Shown here: positions 36,800 through 49,364 of the stretch, in pieces
How positions within the stretch are numbered: the first letter of the stretch is position 1
Layout: each line of letters starts with the position of its first letter
Origin: Cetorhinus maximus
Lineage: Eukaryota
DNA: 64,000 nt
NCBI RefSeq assembly: GCF_964194155.1
Contig: NC_135888.1
Location: 134,850,001 to 134,914,000, forward strand
Reading direction: 5' to 3'
The notes under the pieces: model-generated
Told to the model about the DNA's origin: nothing
Database searches by the model: none
Seen by the model: only the letters and a program-made list of their open reading frames with translations
Translations under genes and position numbers: made by a program

Positions 36800-39765
36800 A
36801 TATTTTGCTGAACAAGTGAGAAAGGTATTAATATGGGAAATGATGAAGTGGCCATGACAGGAAGGGATAGGGAGTGCAAATTTAAGAGTACATCACAGAT
36901 AAGGCTAGAAGCTACAAAAATAATAAAAAGGACAAAACTAAAGCTTCTGTATCTGGCTGAAAGCAGCATTGGTAAAAAAAACAGATGTACTGGTAGTGCA
37001 AATAGAAATAAATAAGCATGATCTGATAGCCATTATAGAGGCATGGCTGTGGGGTGACATAGATTGGGGCCTGAATATTGAAGGGTACATTGCATTTAGA
37101 AGGAAAGGAAACTAGGAAAATTTTGAGGGATAGTTCTGTTAATTAATGATGGCATTTGCACAATAGAGAAGGATTACCTTAGTTCAGGTAACCAGGGTGT
37201 AGAAGCAGCTTAGGTAGAGATGAGGAATGTTACAGGCAATAAGTCGCTTGTGTGATTGGTGTACAGGGCCTCTAACAGTAATCACAAGGTAGGATGCAAT
37301 GGAAAGGAAAACAGTAGTGAGAGCTTTTCAGGAAGATATGGAAATAATCATGGGGGACTTCAATCTAAATATGGACTGGAAAATTCAGATGGGCAAAGGT
37401 AGCCTAGGTGAGGAGCTTTTAGAAGCTTATATATATATATATTATAGCTTATGAGGAGCTTTTCGGATAGTTTCTTAGAACAGCACGTTCTGGAGCCAAC
37501 CAGAGAGCAGTCTATACTAGACCTGGTACGGCACAATGAGAAAGGAGTAGTTAATGTCCTCGTACTGAAGGCGCCACTAGGGAGCAGCGATCATAATACG
37601 ATTGAATTTTACATTCAGTTTTGAGGGAGAGAAGAGTGAGCCTAAGACTCGTAATTTAAAGCTAAATGAGGGCATGAAAGCAGAGCTAGCTAAAGTGAAC
37701 TGCAAAATAGTTTAAGGCATAGGTCAGTAGGGATGCAGTGGCAGACATTTAGGGGGGTATTTTAAAATACGCCGAATGGATACACTCCAATGAGAAAGAA
37801 AAAAAAAAACAAGGGGGCGAGCCATCATCGGCGGTTAACTAAAAAGGTTAATGATATTATCAGACTTAAAGAAACAACATATAATTGTGCAAAGATGGGT
37901 GGCAGGTCAAATGGTTGGACAGAATATCAAAAACGGCAAATAATAACCAAAAGGTTAATACAGAGGGAAATTTAAAGTATGAGAGAAAGCTAGCTAGAAA
38001 TATAAAGACGGTGATAGTAAGAGTTTCTATTTATATTTGAAAAAGGATAGAGTTAACAAAATGAGCATTGTTTCTACAGAAAGTGAGGCCCAGGGGGGAA
38101 TTAATAACGGAAAATAAGGGGATGGCAGAGGAATTGAACAGATATTGTACATCGGCCTTCACTATAGTGGATAAAAGTAACATCCCAGAAATATCTGTAA
38201 ATCAGGAAATGGAAGGGAGGGCGAAACTCAAAAAAATTACAGTCACCAGGGAAGCGGTATTGTGCAAACTGTTGGATCTGTGGGCTGACAAGACCCCGGA
38301 TCATGATGGATTTCATCCTAGTGGCTTAAAAGAAGTGGTGACTGAGGTAGTTGATGCATTGGTTTTAATTTTCCAAAATTCCCTAGATTCGGGGAAGGTT
38401 CCATTTAGATCAACATATGTCGTAGGAATGATGTTAGGAGCTATTATTAAAACGTTATAACAGGGCACTTAGAAAAGTTTAAAGTAATCAAGCAGAATCA
38501 CCGTGGTTTTCTGAAAGGAAAATAATGTTAAAACAATGTATTGGAGTTCTTTCAGGAAGTAACATGTGCTGTTGATAAAGGAGAACTGGTGGATGTACTG
38601 AGCTTAGATTTCTAGAGGGCATTTGATAAGGTGCCACACCAAATGTTATTGCGGAAAACAATAGCTCATGGTGTAAAAGAGAACATATTGGTATCGATAG
38701 ATGATTAGCTAGCTATCAGGAAGCAGAATGTAGGCATAAATGCATACTTTTCTGCTTTGGTAAGACTTAACAAGTGGTGAACCACAGGGTTTAGTGCTGG
38801 GTCCTCAACATTTTTCAATTTATATAAGTGACTTGGGAGAAGGGGCCAAAGATACGGTTGCTAAATTTGCTGACAATGCAAAGCTAGGTAGGAATTTAAG
38901 TTGTGAGGAGGACATAAGGAAGCTGCAAAGGGATATATATGGGGTAATTGAGTGGGCAAAGAACTCGCAAATGGAGCATAATGTGGGGAAATATGAAATT
39001 GTCCATTTTGGCAGGAAAAATAAATAAGTAGCATATTACCTAAATGGTGAGAGATTGCAGAGCTTTGAGATGCAGATAAATCTGGGTCTCCTCGTCAGCA
39101 AAGGTTAGTATGCAGGTCCAGCAAGCATTTGAGAAGACTAGTGAAATATTATCGTTTATTCTGAGGGGAATTGAATACAAAAGTAGGAAAATTATGCTTC
39201 AGTTATACAGGGCGTTGATCAGAACACATCTGAAGTAATGTGCACAACCTTGGTCCCCTTAATTCAGAGAGGGTGTAAGTGCATTGGAAACAGTTCAGAG
39301 AAGTTCTACTAGACTAATACCTGGAGCGGCAGGGTTGTCTTACGAAGGTAGGCCAGTATCCGATGGAGCTGAGAATAGAAAGAGGGGACTTGATTGAAAC
39401 ATATAAGATCCTGAGGTGTATTGACAGGGTGGATGTGGAAACAATGTTTTGTCTTGTGGGAAAATCTATAACTAGAGGTCACTGTTTAAAAATAAGGTGT
39501 CATCCATTTAAAGCAAAAATGAAGAGTTTTTTGTCACACAGAGGCTCATGAGTCTCCGGAACTCTTCTTCAAAAGGCGGTGGGAGCTGATACTTTGAATA
39601 TTTTAAAGCAGAGGTAGATAGATTCCTGATAAATAAGGGAGTGAAAGGTTACAGGGAGTAGGCGGGAATGTGGAAAAATCAGATCGGCCATGAACTTATT
39701 GAATGGCAGAGCAGACTTGAGGGGCTGAGTGGCCTACTCCTGCTCCTAACTCGTATGTTTGTTCG
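36800..39765 (+). mobile_element. Decayed CR1 LINE ORF2 (EN-RT-3' end)
   Basis: IIMGDFN, DKTPDHDGFHPSGLKEV, LGPQHFSIYISDL..KFADNAKL, GDLIETYKIL; tail ggcctactcctgctcctaactcgtatg. Confidence 0.9.
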
Positions 39766-40194
39766 TATTTTCATACGTGCATATGTTCTATTCTGCCCAT
39801 AGCTGTAACAAAACATACGCTATATTCCCTGTCCGGATTTCCCTGCACAACGATGCTACATCAAAAACCTTTCCCTCAAGCCCATCGCCGCCCTATTTCA
39901 TCACCTCCCCCCCCCCCCCCCCCCCCCCCGCCCACACACAATCCTAAATAACTCCAGGAGTCCAATTAGACTGATATCAAAACCTCAGCGTTCCTAAAGC
40001 CTGGATCGGCGCCCAGTGCTACTACAGTTTAGGATAGTTCCCGTTGTCACAAAAGCAGAGACCTCCGAAGTACAACTAAATCACATTCTCCAACCCCCTT
40101 CCTGCCAAGAAAAAGTTGGTTGAAGTTTAACCTTTTGTCAATCTTAAATGTCCTAGTCAGATGTATGAGAAAGTTAAACGATGTAAACTTTGCA

Positions 40195-40450
40195 CCCCTG
40201 CTAAGTTCAAGTCCAACTCCAGAACTTGAAACTCAAAAATCAAGGCTTGCACTCTAGTGCAGTATTGAGGGAGCACTGATTTCTGAAGTATCAAACTGAT
40301 GCCCTATCTGCGCTCTCAGGTGGCTGCAAAATATCCCAAGGCCCTATTTCTAAAAGGAGCAGGGAGTTATCCCCGGTGCCTTCCAATATTTATTCATCAA
40401 TCGACATCACAGAAACAGAACATCATTGCACAGCTGTTTTTGAAGGTTTG
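40195..40450 (+). mobile_element. DeuSINE (SacSINE1/AmnSINE1-like central domain)
   Basis: gtgcagtattgagggagcac..ctctcaggtgg..agcagggagttatccccggtg..aatatttat, matching the recalled Deu domain. Confidence 0.7.
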
Positions 40451-41790
40451 CCATGGGAATCAGGCGGAAAGCTCTTGACCGTTTGGAGTGATGCCTAGCA
40501 TAAAGAAGATGGTTGTGGCTGTTAGAAGCCAATCATCTGAGTCCCGGAAAATCACTGCAGGTGTTCGTTGTGGTTTTGCCCTAAGCGAACCGCCTTCAGT
40601 TGCTTCATCAATGTCCTTCCCTTCATCTTAAGGTCAGAAATGGGGGTGCTTGCTGAAGGTTGCACGGTGTTTAGTGCGGTTCATGACTGCTCAGATACTG
40701 AATCAGTCTGTGTCCATATGCAACAAGGTCTGGACACCATTCATAACTTGGCAGGCACGTGGCAATTCAGACTACGCACGTGCTAGGCAATAACCATCTC
40801 CAAAAAGAGAGAGCCAAATATCTCTCTTTGACATTCAACTGCATGACTATCGCTGAATGCCCCCACCATCAACATTCTGGGAGGTAATATTGATCAGAAA
40901 CTTAATTGAACTTGCCATGTAAATTTTATGGTTACAAGACCAGGTCAGAGGCTTGGCCTTAAGCAGCGTGTAACTCACTCTCTGACTCCCTAAAGCCTGC
41001 CCACCATTCAGAAGGGACAACTCAGGAGTGTGGTGGAATGTTCTCCACTTACCTGGATGAGTTCACCTCCAGCAACAGTCAAGAAGCTCGACACAATACA
41101 GGGCAAAGCCACTAGCAAGATTGACACTGATGCATCACCTCAAGCATTCACTCCTTCCACCATTGGTGTACAGTGGCAGCTGTGGTATCAGCAATACCAG
41201 AAATCCCTCAGGCTCACGTGAAGTAATGTTTGTATATGCTTTGCACTCCTATTCCTATTTCAGCCAATGCACGGTTCCCCTCCAGCTATAAAAACACAAA
41301 TTGCAACCTTGGTATGATGCCATAAATTGGTTCGTCCTCAGGGTTTCAGACAAGTAACAATTCCAATACATGTCACTCTATGAGCAATTCCTTCCTAGAT
41401 CTTGTATTCTTCCCAAAAATGTCTATGTTTTTCTTCCAGGATCAGACCTTAGCTTCTGTACCATTTACAAGATGCACTGCAGTGAGTAGACAAGGCTCCG
41501 TTGACGGTACCTTCTAAACCTGTGACCTTTGCCACTTAGTAGGACAAGGGCAGCAGACGCATGGAAACGCCATCACCTGCAAGCACCCTTCCAAGCGATA
41601 CTCCATCCTGACTTGGAACTATATTGCTGTTCCATCACTGTCACTGGATCAAAATCCTGGAACTCCTTTCCTATCAACGCTGGACTGCGACAGTTGAAGG
41701 AGGCAGCTTATCACCACCTTCTCTAAAGAAATAAGGACGAGCAACAGATATTGGCTTTTCGAGCGACGCTAACACCCGATAAAAGAATAC
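40450..41790 (+). mobile_element. LINE family A fragment with an unrelated insert at about 41195-41455
   Basis: FSCFINVLPFILRSEMGVLAEGCTVF; VECSPLTWMSS; tail ..cttatcaccaccttctc. Confidence 0.85.
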
Positions 41791-41879
41791 AAAAAAACCG
41801 CAGCTTGTTTTACCTTCGAGACTTGACCATTTCAATGCATTTCTGGTGGCCTCCCATTTTCTACCTTCCATGCAAGTCT

Positions 41880-42330
41880 CTTCTAACCTGCACCGACATA
41901 CTGAGGGGCACCCCTGTACTCGCTGACTTAATGGCTCCTGTTTGAGCAGCACCTTGATTTAAAAATTCTGGATGTTACTTACAAACCTCTCCAGTGCCTC
42001 ATGCCTCGCTACCTCTGTAAACTCTTCCAACTCTCTAACCCGCAGAAGTATCGGCACTCCTCTTTTAACTACTCCGATTTTAATCAATACACCAATAGGT
42101 GCCTTGCCTTAGCTGCCTCAGCCCTTGCCTCCTCGACATATCAGTTTTCCTACCTTTCCTTATTTAAGGTTCTCCTTAAAGCCTATGTCTTTTCCAAGGA
42201 TTTGGTAATGTGCCATATTACCTCCGTATGTGGCTTGATTGCAAGTTATTTTTTATAATCGTCCCTGTGAAGCATCGTGAGACGTTTTACGACCTTGAAC
42301 GCGTGATAAAAATGCAAACTGTTTTGTTAT
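41880..42330 (+). mobile_element. L2 3' end
   Basis: TPVLADL..LDLKIL motif; terminal gtgaagcatcgtgagacgtttt..aaaaatgcaa. Confidence 0.7.
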
Positions 42331-42437
42331 AAAGACGCAGGATGTCTGAAATCAATAGACAATGAGCGGCTGATCTGATCTTTTTTGACCGAAGATTACC
42401 ACATCACCAATTCCACCAACATGGTTTTGTGAAATAA

Positions 42438-42662
42438 GGGCTGAAAATGCTGGAAACATCAGCAGGCCTCGCAGCATCTGAGATGAGAAAAACAGAGTTA
42501 AGATTTCAGGTTGTGACCTTTCATCAGAACTGGGTATGATTCAAGGACGCGACCGGAAACATTGGCTCTGCTTCTCTTTCCATGGATGTTGCCGGATTTG
42601 TTGAATATTTCCAGCATTTCCTGTTTTTATTTCAGATTTCCAGCATCCGTAGTATTTTTGCG
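42438..42662. mobile_element. Palindromic non-autonomous Penelope-type element
   Basis: Head aaaatgctggaaacatcagcagg.. and inverted tail ..tatttccagcatttcctgtttttatttcagatttccagcatc. Confidence 0.7.
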
Positions 42663-43164
42663 TTTTACCCAGTTGGGTAACGTGGTCCATTGAGTGCAAG
42701 TTTTGGAAAACTGCAATAGTAGCTAATATCCGTTCAGAGTATACATTGGAAATTATTTTTATGTAAATACGCTAACTCCTTAAATATATCGCCAATTTTG
42801 TTCAGACTTTCCATGGGGCCAAATTTAATGAGGCTTTTCATGGCTCTACCCAGCAGAAGGATGCTTATTCACCCTTGTGAGGATGACCTACAGATTAGGT
42901 CAATAACCCAAAAGGGACACTGAGCTGCAATAAACTGGATTCTACAGGTAAAGCTATCACAATCAAAGTAACGATTTGCGCCAAGGGCCACTATTGATCA
43001 AGTGGAAAATGTTATTGCGAGGGACTCCAGCATTTCTGCTGCTATTGAATGTTATCCCGATTTTACAAAGAATACTGCAAAATGTTTGTGCTTTTAGGGT
43101 GATTTTAAATTGCGCACCCTTAATCCTTCAGTTCCATTATATTGTAAATAATCCAGAAACTGTG

Positions 43165-43335
43165 TAGCTTTAAGAATAATTGCTGCAGTTATTGGTTGGG
43201 TCGGTTCGTGTCGCTGTCTACCAATAAGAAGCGATTCCGCTGCCAGGGATCTACCTAGTTCCCTAGCCTGGGAAGCACAGAACAGCAGCGAAGAGACAGA
43301 CAGTGCCTGCGTTTAAGCTGTGCGGCCATGTTCAG
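43165..43335 (+). promoter_or_regulatory. Pcdh promoter 4 (CSE + inverted CCAAT)
   Basis: TGCAG-TTATTGGT(43189-43196)..CGCT(43212-43215)..ACCAATAA(43220-43227). Confidence 0.9.
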
Positions 43336-43483
43336 CAAAGCTCCTCGGGTGTAGATTTTGCCTTTCTCCATTTCATATTAGTGTGTGGATGTATTTTGAA
43401 ATAGTGTTGTCGTGTAAGAGACAAGTAGACACGATCGGGTGGACGAAATATTGACATTTTACAGCAACATCCATCCGAGAACA

Positions 43484-45874
43484 ATGGCGGCAAGGAGCAG
43501 CGGAGCATCTTTCGTTTTCCTGCTTTGTTTGTTGGATCGGATTTCGGGACAGATTCGCTACTCGATCCCCGAGGAGCAGGAGTATGGGGCCTTTGTTGGG
43601 AATATCGCCGAGGATTTGAGACTAAATATTTGGGAATTATCGGCTCGCAAGTTTCGTCTGGTCTCCGATGAAAGGAAGCAATATATGGAGGTAAATCTGG
43701 AGAATGGGGTTTTATTTGTTAATGAACGGATAGACAGAGAACAGATTTGTAGACAGAGCTCTATCTGCACCCTTTCTTTGCAAGTAGTGCTCGATAATCC
43801 TTTGGAAATACACCCCGTTGCAGTGGAAATATTAGATGTAAATGATAATTCACCCAGATTTCCGAACAGTGAATTCCTCCTGCAGATCAGTGAATCAATT
43901 TTGGCAGGTGCGCGCTTCCCTGTCGAGAGCGCGCACGACCCGGACGTCGGCACAAATGCAATCAGCACTTACCAGATCAGTCCAAATGAACACTTTGGCC
44001 TCAGAGTTCAGACGCGAAATGACGGGACCAAAAGTGCCGAGTTGTTACTGGAGAAACCCTTGGACCGCGAAGAGCAGTCAACATTTCATCTTGTCCTGAC
44101 GGCTGTTGACGGCGGCGTTCCCCCGAGATCTGGCACAAGCCGGATTTCGATCACTGTAGTGGACGCGAATGATAATGCACCTGTATTCGATCGTGAAACA
44201 TATGAATCCAGGGTAGCAGAAAACTCCCCCAAAGGGACGTTGGTAATAAAAGTTCACGCTGCTGATATAGATGAAGCTATCAATGCTGAGCTGACGTATT
44301 CTTTCACCAGCCACGTTTCCCCGAGCATTCGCGAATTGTTCAACTTGGACCCGGAAACTGGAGAGATTACAGTTCAAGGTGTACTGGATTTTGAAGAATC
44401 GAACGTTTTTGAACTTGATGTAGAGGCTGTGGACAGCGCACCGCCTGGTATGGCGGGGCACGCCAAAGTTTTGGTTGGCCTAATAGATAGGAATGATAAT
44501 GTACCCAACTTAGACGTAACATTGGTGTCCAGCCCGGTTCAGGAAGATGCTCCGCCGGGGACTGTGATAGCCCTGATCAGTGTTATGGATCCAGATTCTG
44601 GCGAATATGGACAGGTACAATGTCACATTTCAGGACAACTTCCGTTCAGACTTCAGAAAACCTTGAGAAACAGCTACAAGTTGGTTACCGATGATATTTT
44701 GGATCGTGAAACTGTCCAGATTTACAACATCTCTATTTCAGCCTGGGACGGAGGGTCTCCCCCTCTTTCAACAAATAAAACTCTTTTAGTTTCCGTTTCA
44801 GATATAAATGACAACGCGCCTACATTCACACAATCCTCATATAACATATATCTGATGGAAAACAACACTCCCGGTGCTTCGATATTTGCTATTACCGCTG
44901 TGGATCCAGACTTAGACCAGAATGATGAAATTAACTATTCCATTCTGGAGACTCAGAAGGAAGGGGGACATGGGCCTGCTTATGTCTCGATCAATTCCAA
45001 ACATGGAGACATTTACGCGCTGCGCTCCTTTGACTATGAACAACTGAAACATTTCCAGATCAAAATTCAGGCTCAGGATGTTGGGTCTCCCCCACTGAGC
45101 AGCACTGTCATTGTCAATGTTATTATCTTGGATCAAAATGACAATGCACCTGTTGTTGTTTCACCTTTAACGTGGAACGGTTCAGCATCAGTGGAGATTG
45201 TGCCACAGTCAACAAGTCCTGGATACTTGGTCACCAAGGTAATCGCATCTGATGTTGATTCCGGTCAGAACTCACGGCTTTCCTATCAATTATTGGAGGC
45301 CAATGATCTCAGCCTGTTTACCGTGGGGCTTCTCTCTGGGGAAATCAGAGCAACACAACGTTTAAGGGAGCAGGATATCAACACAGCAAGATTGGTCGTG
45401 CTCGTGAAGGATAATGGACAGCCAAGCCTCTCCACTACGGTCACGGTCTCATTTACCATTTTGTCGAATGTTACAGAAAATTCTTCTGAACGAACTGACG
45501 AACCCGGAGAGTCGAAGGATTTTTCGCAGCTTAATCGTTATTTAATCATTATATTAGGATCAACATCATTTTTGTTTCTTGTAACCATCATTTTTCTGGT
45601 TATGCTGAAGTTTATTCAAGACAGAAATATTGCTGAAGACCACAGCTCTACGGGTTGTTGTTACACAAGTCGAAATTTGAATGGCGCCTTTAATCAGAGG
45701 TCGGCACCAAAGGAACCCTTTAATTATACCGAGTCTGCTCAGACTGAAGGTTATCGTTATACCGTGTGTTTATCACCAGAGTCATCTAAAAGTGATTTTC
45801 TGTTTCTAAAGCCCTGTAATCCTACCTTGCCTTTCAATGACTTGGGTGTCCGGGACACCAACAGAAGAAAATAA
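43484..45874 (+). CDS. Clustered protocadherin, variable-exon type, 796 aa
   Basis: Likely start is gagaacaATGG at 43484, by homology to paralogs (the ORF track's 43439 is a GTG); full EC1-6/TM/tail. Confidence 0.97.
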   Translation: MAARSSGASFVFLLCLLDRISGQIRYSIPEEQEYGAFVGNIAEDLRLNIWELSARKFRLVSDERKQYMEVNLENGVLFVNERIDREQICRQSSICTLSLQVVLDNPLEIHPVAVEILDVNDNSPRFPNSEFLLQISESILAGARFPVESAHDPDVGTNAISTYQISPNEHFGLRVQTRNDGTKSAELLLEKPLDREEQSTFHLVLTAVDGGVPPRSGTSRISITVVDANDNAPVFDRETYESRVAENSPKGTLVIKVHAADIDEAINAELTYSFTSHVSPSIRELFNLDPETGEITVQGVLDFEESNVFELDVEAVDSAPPGMAGHAKVLVGLIDRNDNVPNLDVTLVSSPVQEDAPPGTVIALISVMDPDSGEYGQVQCHISGQLPFRLQKTLRNSYKLVTDDILDRETVQIYNISISAWDGGSPPLSTNKTLLVSVSDINDNAPTFTQSSYNIYLMENNTPGASIFAITAVDPDLDQNDEINYSILETQKEGGHGPAYVSINSKHGDIYALRSFDYEQLKHFQIKIQAQDVGSPPLSSTVIVNVIILDQNDNAPVVVSPLTWNGSASVEIVPQSTSPGYLVTKVIASDVDSGQNSRLSYQLLEANDLSLFTVGLLSGEIRATQRLREQDINTARLVVLVKDNGQPSLSTTVTVSFTILSNVTENSSERTDEPGESKDFSQLNRYLIIILGSTSFLFLVTIIFLVMLKFIQDRNIAEDHSSTGCCYTSRNLNGAFNQRSAPKEPFNYTESAQTEGYRYTVCLSPESSKSDFLFLKPCNPTLPFNDLGVRDTNRRK

Positions 45875-46519
45875 TTTGGAAGAAATTTCAATGTCGGGAA
45901 TGGCAAATAATTCACTTTGATGAGAGCTGTTTTCTATGCTTTGAATTAGTGGGTAAGTTTTTTGAGTCTACGACTATATCCTCAAGCAAATTAGTGAAAT
46001 TGCTTAGTGTTGTTCGCATGTTCTTACCTTTCAATAATGCTAAGTATACCTGCCCATTTCATCACAGCCCTGAGCAGTTTCCATTTATTTAGTGTTAGAA
46101 TGAAATCCGATTTGTTAGTACATATTAATATAATCGCTGAAATTCTACTCCCCGCTGCTCTGCTAATGTTGCATCACATGTACATTGAGGTTGTTAATGT
46201 GACAAGAATAATTTCAGGGCCTTGGCATTGACCAGTGGCTGTAACGATTCGTAAAATTAAAAACTTTCTTCCTGATGTGAAGCTGAATTAAATTCTCTGG
46301 TGATACCATTGTGTGTACCACGAATATTGACGGGTTTCATCAAATACACCCACCTGAAAATGTTATATATTTGCCTCAAGAAAATTATACAATAACTAAA
46401 CTTAATATGTCACTTTCTCAACTTTGTTCCAGATATAATGTGAAAGCAATGGCTGCTTGGGTAAATCATCTAGTTGTTTCGTAGGAAATTGTTTACCCAT
46501 GGTATATAATATGCCAGTG

Positions 46520-46935
46520 CAATCCTTTATTATTCAAGTACTTAATCAATTTCCTTTTGTACATTACTGTTATATTTTTACCTATCGTCCTTTCAGGTAA
46601 TGCATTCCAGGCTATATTAACTCTGCATAAAAAAACCCTCAAATTTCTTCTGGATCTTTTGCAATTATTTTAAAACTGGTTACCATCTCTCACTCTGGTA
46701 ACAGATTTTTTTATTATTTGCTCTCCCAACTCTCATCATCATTTTGAATACTTCTCTCAAATCTGTACGTAACCTTTGCTACCCTAAGGAAATCAATCCG
46801 AGGTTTTTCAGCCTTTGTGCGTAACTGAAGCCTCCCATTCCTGATACCATTCTAGGAAATCTCTTCTGAACACTCTCCAAGGTGTTCTTAAACTGTTTTA
46901 CCCAGAATTGGACACAATGCCACAAATGGGATGTA
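46520..46935 (-). mobile_element. Old CR1 3' fragment
   Basis: tttcaggtaatgcattccag..cccagaattggacacaat; paralogous to 9960-10400. Confidence 0.6.
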
Positions 46936-47279
46936 CTTCAGCTATCTATCAGATACACGCCATGTTGCAACACGTTGTTAAGGTTAAAGTGAGAAGGGAT
47001 AAAATTGTGCAGCTATATAAAATATATAATGACTTAGTTTACAGTTTACTTTTACTGAAGAATGGTTTGAATTATATAATTCAATCACACAAAAAGTAAG
47101 AATTCTAAAAACATTTTGAACGTTGAACTTGACTTATTTATGCTACATAAATCAGTGACACTCATGCTATTGCCTGCACGACATAAATGCAATGGTTTGT
47201 GAGCAACTCCACAGAAATATTATTGCAAGATGAATGTTTACCGCACATTTCAACAATTATACGTAGTTCTGGCTTGAAT

Positions 47280-48400
47280 TATTTGAATAACTCAAATCAA
47301 GTAACGACCCACCACCCAACTGAAACGGGTCTAACCAATGAGACAAATGACTTCCTTTGTAATCCTGACCCCACTATCATACCTACACAGCTTCCTTTGA
47401 AACGTTTGACATATAGCCTATGTTGTGCTCTTCCAACATTTTTCTCTCTTTCATACCCAACGTGACTTCCTTCATTTGGTCGTACGCTCAGCGCACATGA
47501 TAGCTCAAACATCAGGAAATGTGATTCACTTTGTTGCCTCACACCAAATTTCCACGCTTCTCCCAGTTGTCTTCCTCTTCAATAAGTTGCTTCTTGGTGA
47601 CATCATCCACAGAACTGGGGCCAGATTCAACATATTTTGCTGTTGATAGCCAGATTGCCCCTTCTATCATTCACGCCCAGCAATACGCTGCCTTTCTGTT
47701 ACTGCATTTCTTGACGGATATTTCATTTTACACGAACTACAATTTCCTTCAGTTAATCAATGAAAAGACCCAACACTGTCTTGGAACAAACTCTGCACCA
47801 TTGCGATCGATTCCTTCCTGGGTCACTCTCTTACGCTGCAATCGACTTCTTATCCCTCAACGCCCGAGCAGAGCCAGTCCTCTGTATCAGAAACACTACT
47901 TACGACGACACCCCGAACTTCATACAAAATTGCTCAAATTTCATCCCTTGTTCCGCTAAACCCCTTATCTATTTTTTTTTAAATTTCTGAACTCAAATAT
48001 TTCAATATTAGGCTGCCAGGACTTCCTTGCTCCATGTTCAGTTCGTTCAACACTTTATTTAACCATATTTTATCCCAATTCCAGGTCACCCATCACACCT
48101 TGGCAATCTGTGTAGGTTCCTGGTCCTACAATTGCTCACATTATAGCCGTCAATCTCATGTCAAAACGTTATCCTCTTCCCTAATTCCTGCACGCTTTCC
48201 AGTTTTACAGCCACCCACCGCACACGGTGCGTCCCTCCGGCTGTGGCCTCTATGTCAGAAGACGCTGTCACCCCGTCCATGCCACTACCCTTACCAGTGG
48301 TGGCCGTGTAGCCCATTATCTACGCCAAATCCTGCGAAACGCCTTCATTATAACACTCTACCTGGAATCCTCCAAGATCTTCGATAAAATGTAACTTTTA
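47280..48400 (+). mobile_element. Old L2 fragment
   Basis: HPTETGLTNETNDFL (L2 HSTETAL..V.ND.L-like), tttgctgttgatagccag. Confidence 0.55.
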
Positions 48401-49364
48401 GGCGAAAACGTTGGTCACATATTGCAATGGGCATTTTGATTCAGCGATTATTCTTTACCTCTTGGTGCTTCTATGACGACCCTTCGAACCTATCGCTTTT
48501 TAAACGCTTTACACATGTTTCCCTCATCTGTTATCATTGTTCATCGCTGCCTTCACGAGTATACATAGCATCACATCACACTTTTCAACACTTGCACCTT
48601 TGCCTTTATTTTATTCATCAGCATATTTACCCGCGTTTACGTCTGTAGTATTAAATTATGTATTTTCTTAATCAACTCAATTACTTACAGATACTAAACC
48701 CCTTATCTTTTTTTTTTTCATTTCTGAACTAAAATATTTCAATACTAGGCTGCCAGGACTTGAATGCACACATTCGAGTTCACTTATCGCTTAACTTTAT
48801 CTTTACAATATTCACTTTAGTTGCAATCCAGATACCGGTGCCATTTTGACAGTGTTTAATGAATCTTCAGCACGGTATGCGATGCTTAAAAGGTAACTCA
48901 ACGAAAGTCTTTGAAAGCCAAAGATTTTGGTGGAGGTTATGGTGCTCTGTGTGCCACGGGCTATCGAAAAGCATCAAAGAGCGCCGATGCTAACGCACGG
49001 GCTGACTAGGTTCTCTGGATGTGGTCACCAATGCTGTTCACAGGTGGGAAGTTAAAGCTCCAGTTGTGACAGAATGCCATCAGAAATATAGAGTTGTAGA
49101 AGTAGTGCACTTATATATTCGGTATACATGCTCTTGCAGATCGTTATGAACGCAGTTGTTTGAGCGTGGGAGAGCAGTGATTAGCCTAACCAGAAATGTA
49201 TGCTAATAACATTCAAATAGAGGATGTTGCTGTGTCAAAAAAAAACTGAATTGTGAGAGCTGTTGGGATAGCAGTTCAATTATTAACACAGTGAAGGCTG
49301 GCACTGGCACTAAACGAAGGAAAAGACACGGTCAACATCTCGAGAATACTGTTCAGATTGTATT

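Noticed and set aside
15232-39932. Poly-C/poly-G tracts (15232-15292, 16325-16372, 39906-39932) as G-quadruplex elements
   Set aside because: Simple-sequence expansions, mostly inside TEs, not conserved between paralogous units.
43439-43483. N-terminal extension of gene 4 in the ORF track
   Set aside because: GTG start; the paralog-matching ATG is at 43484.
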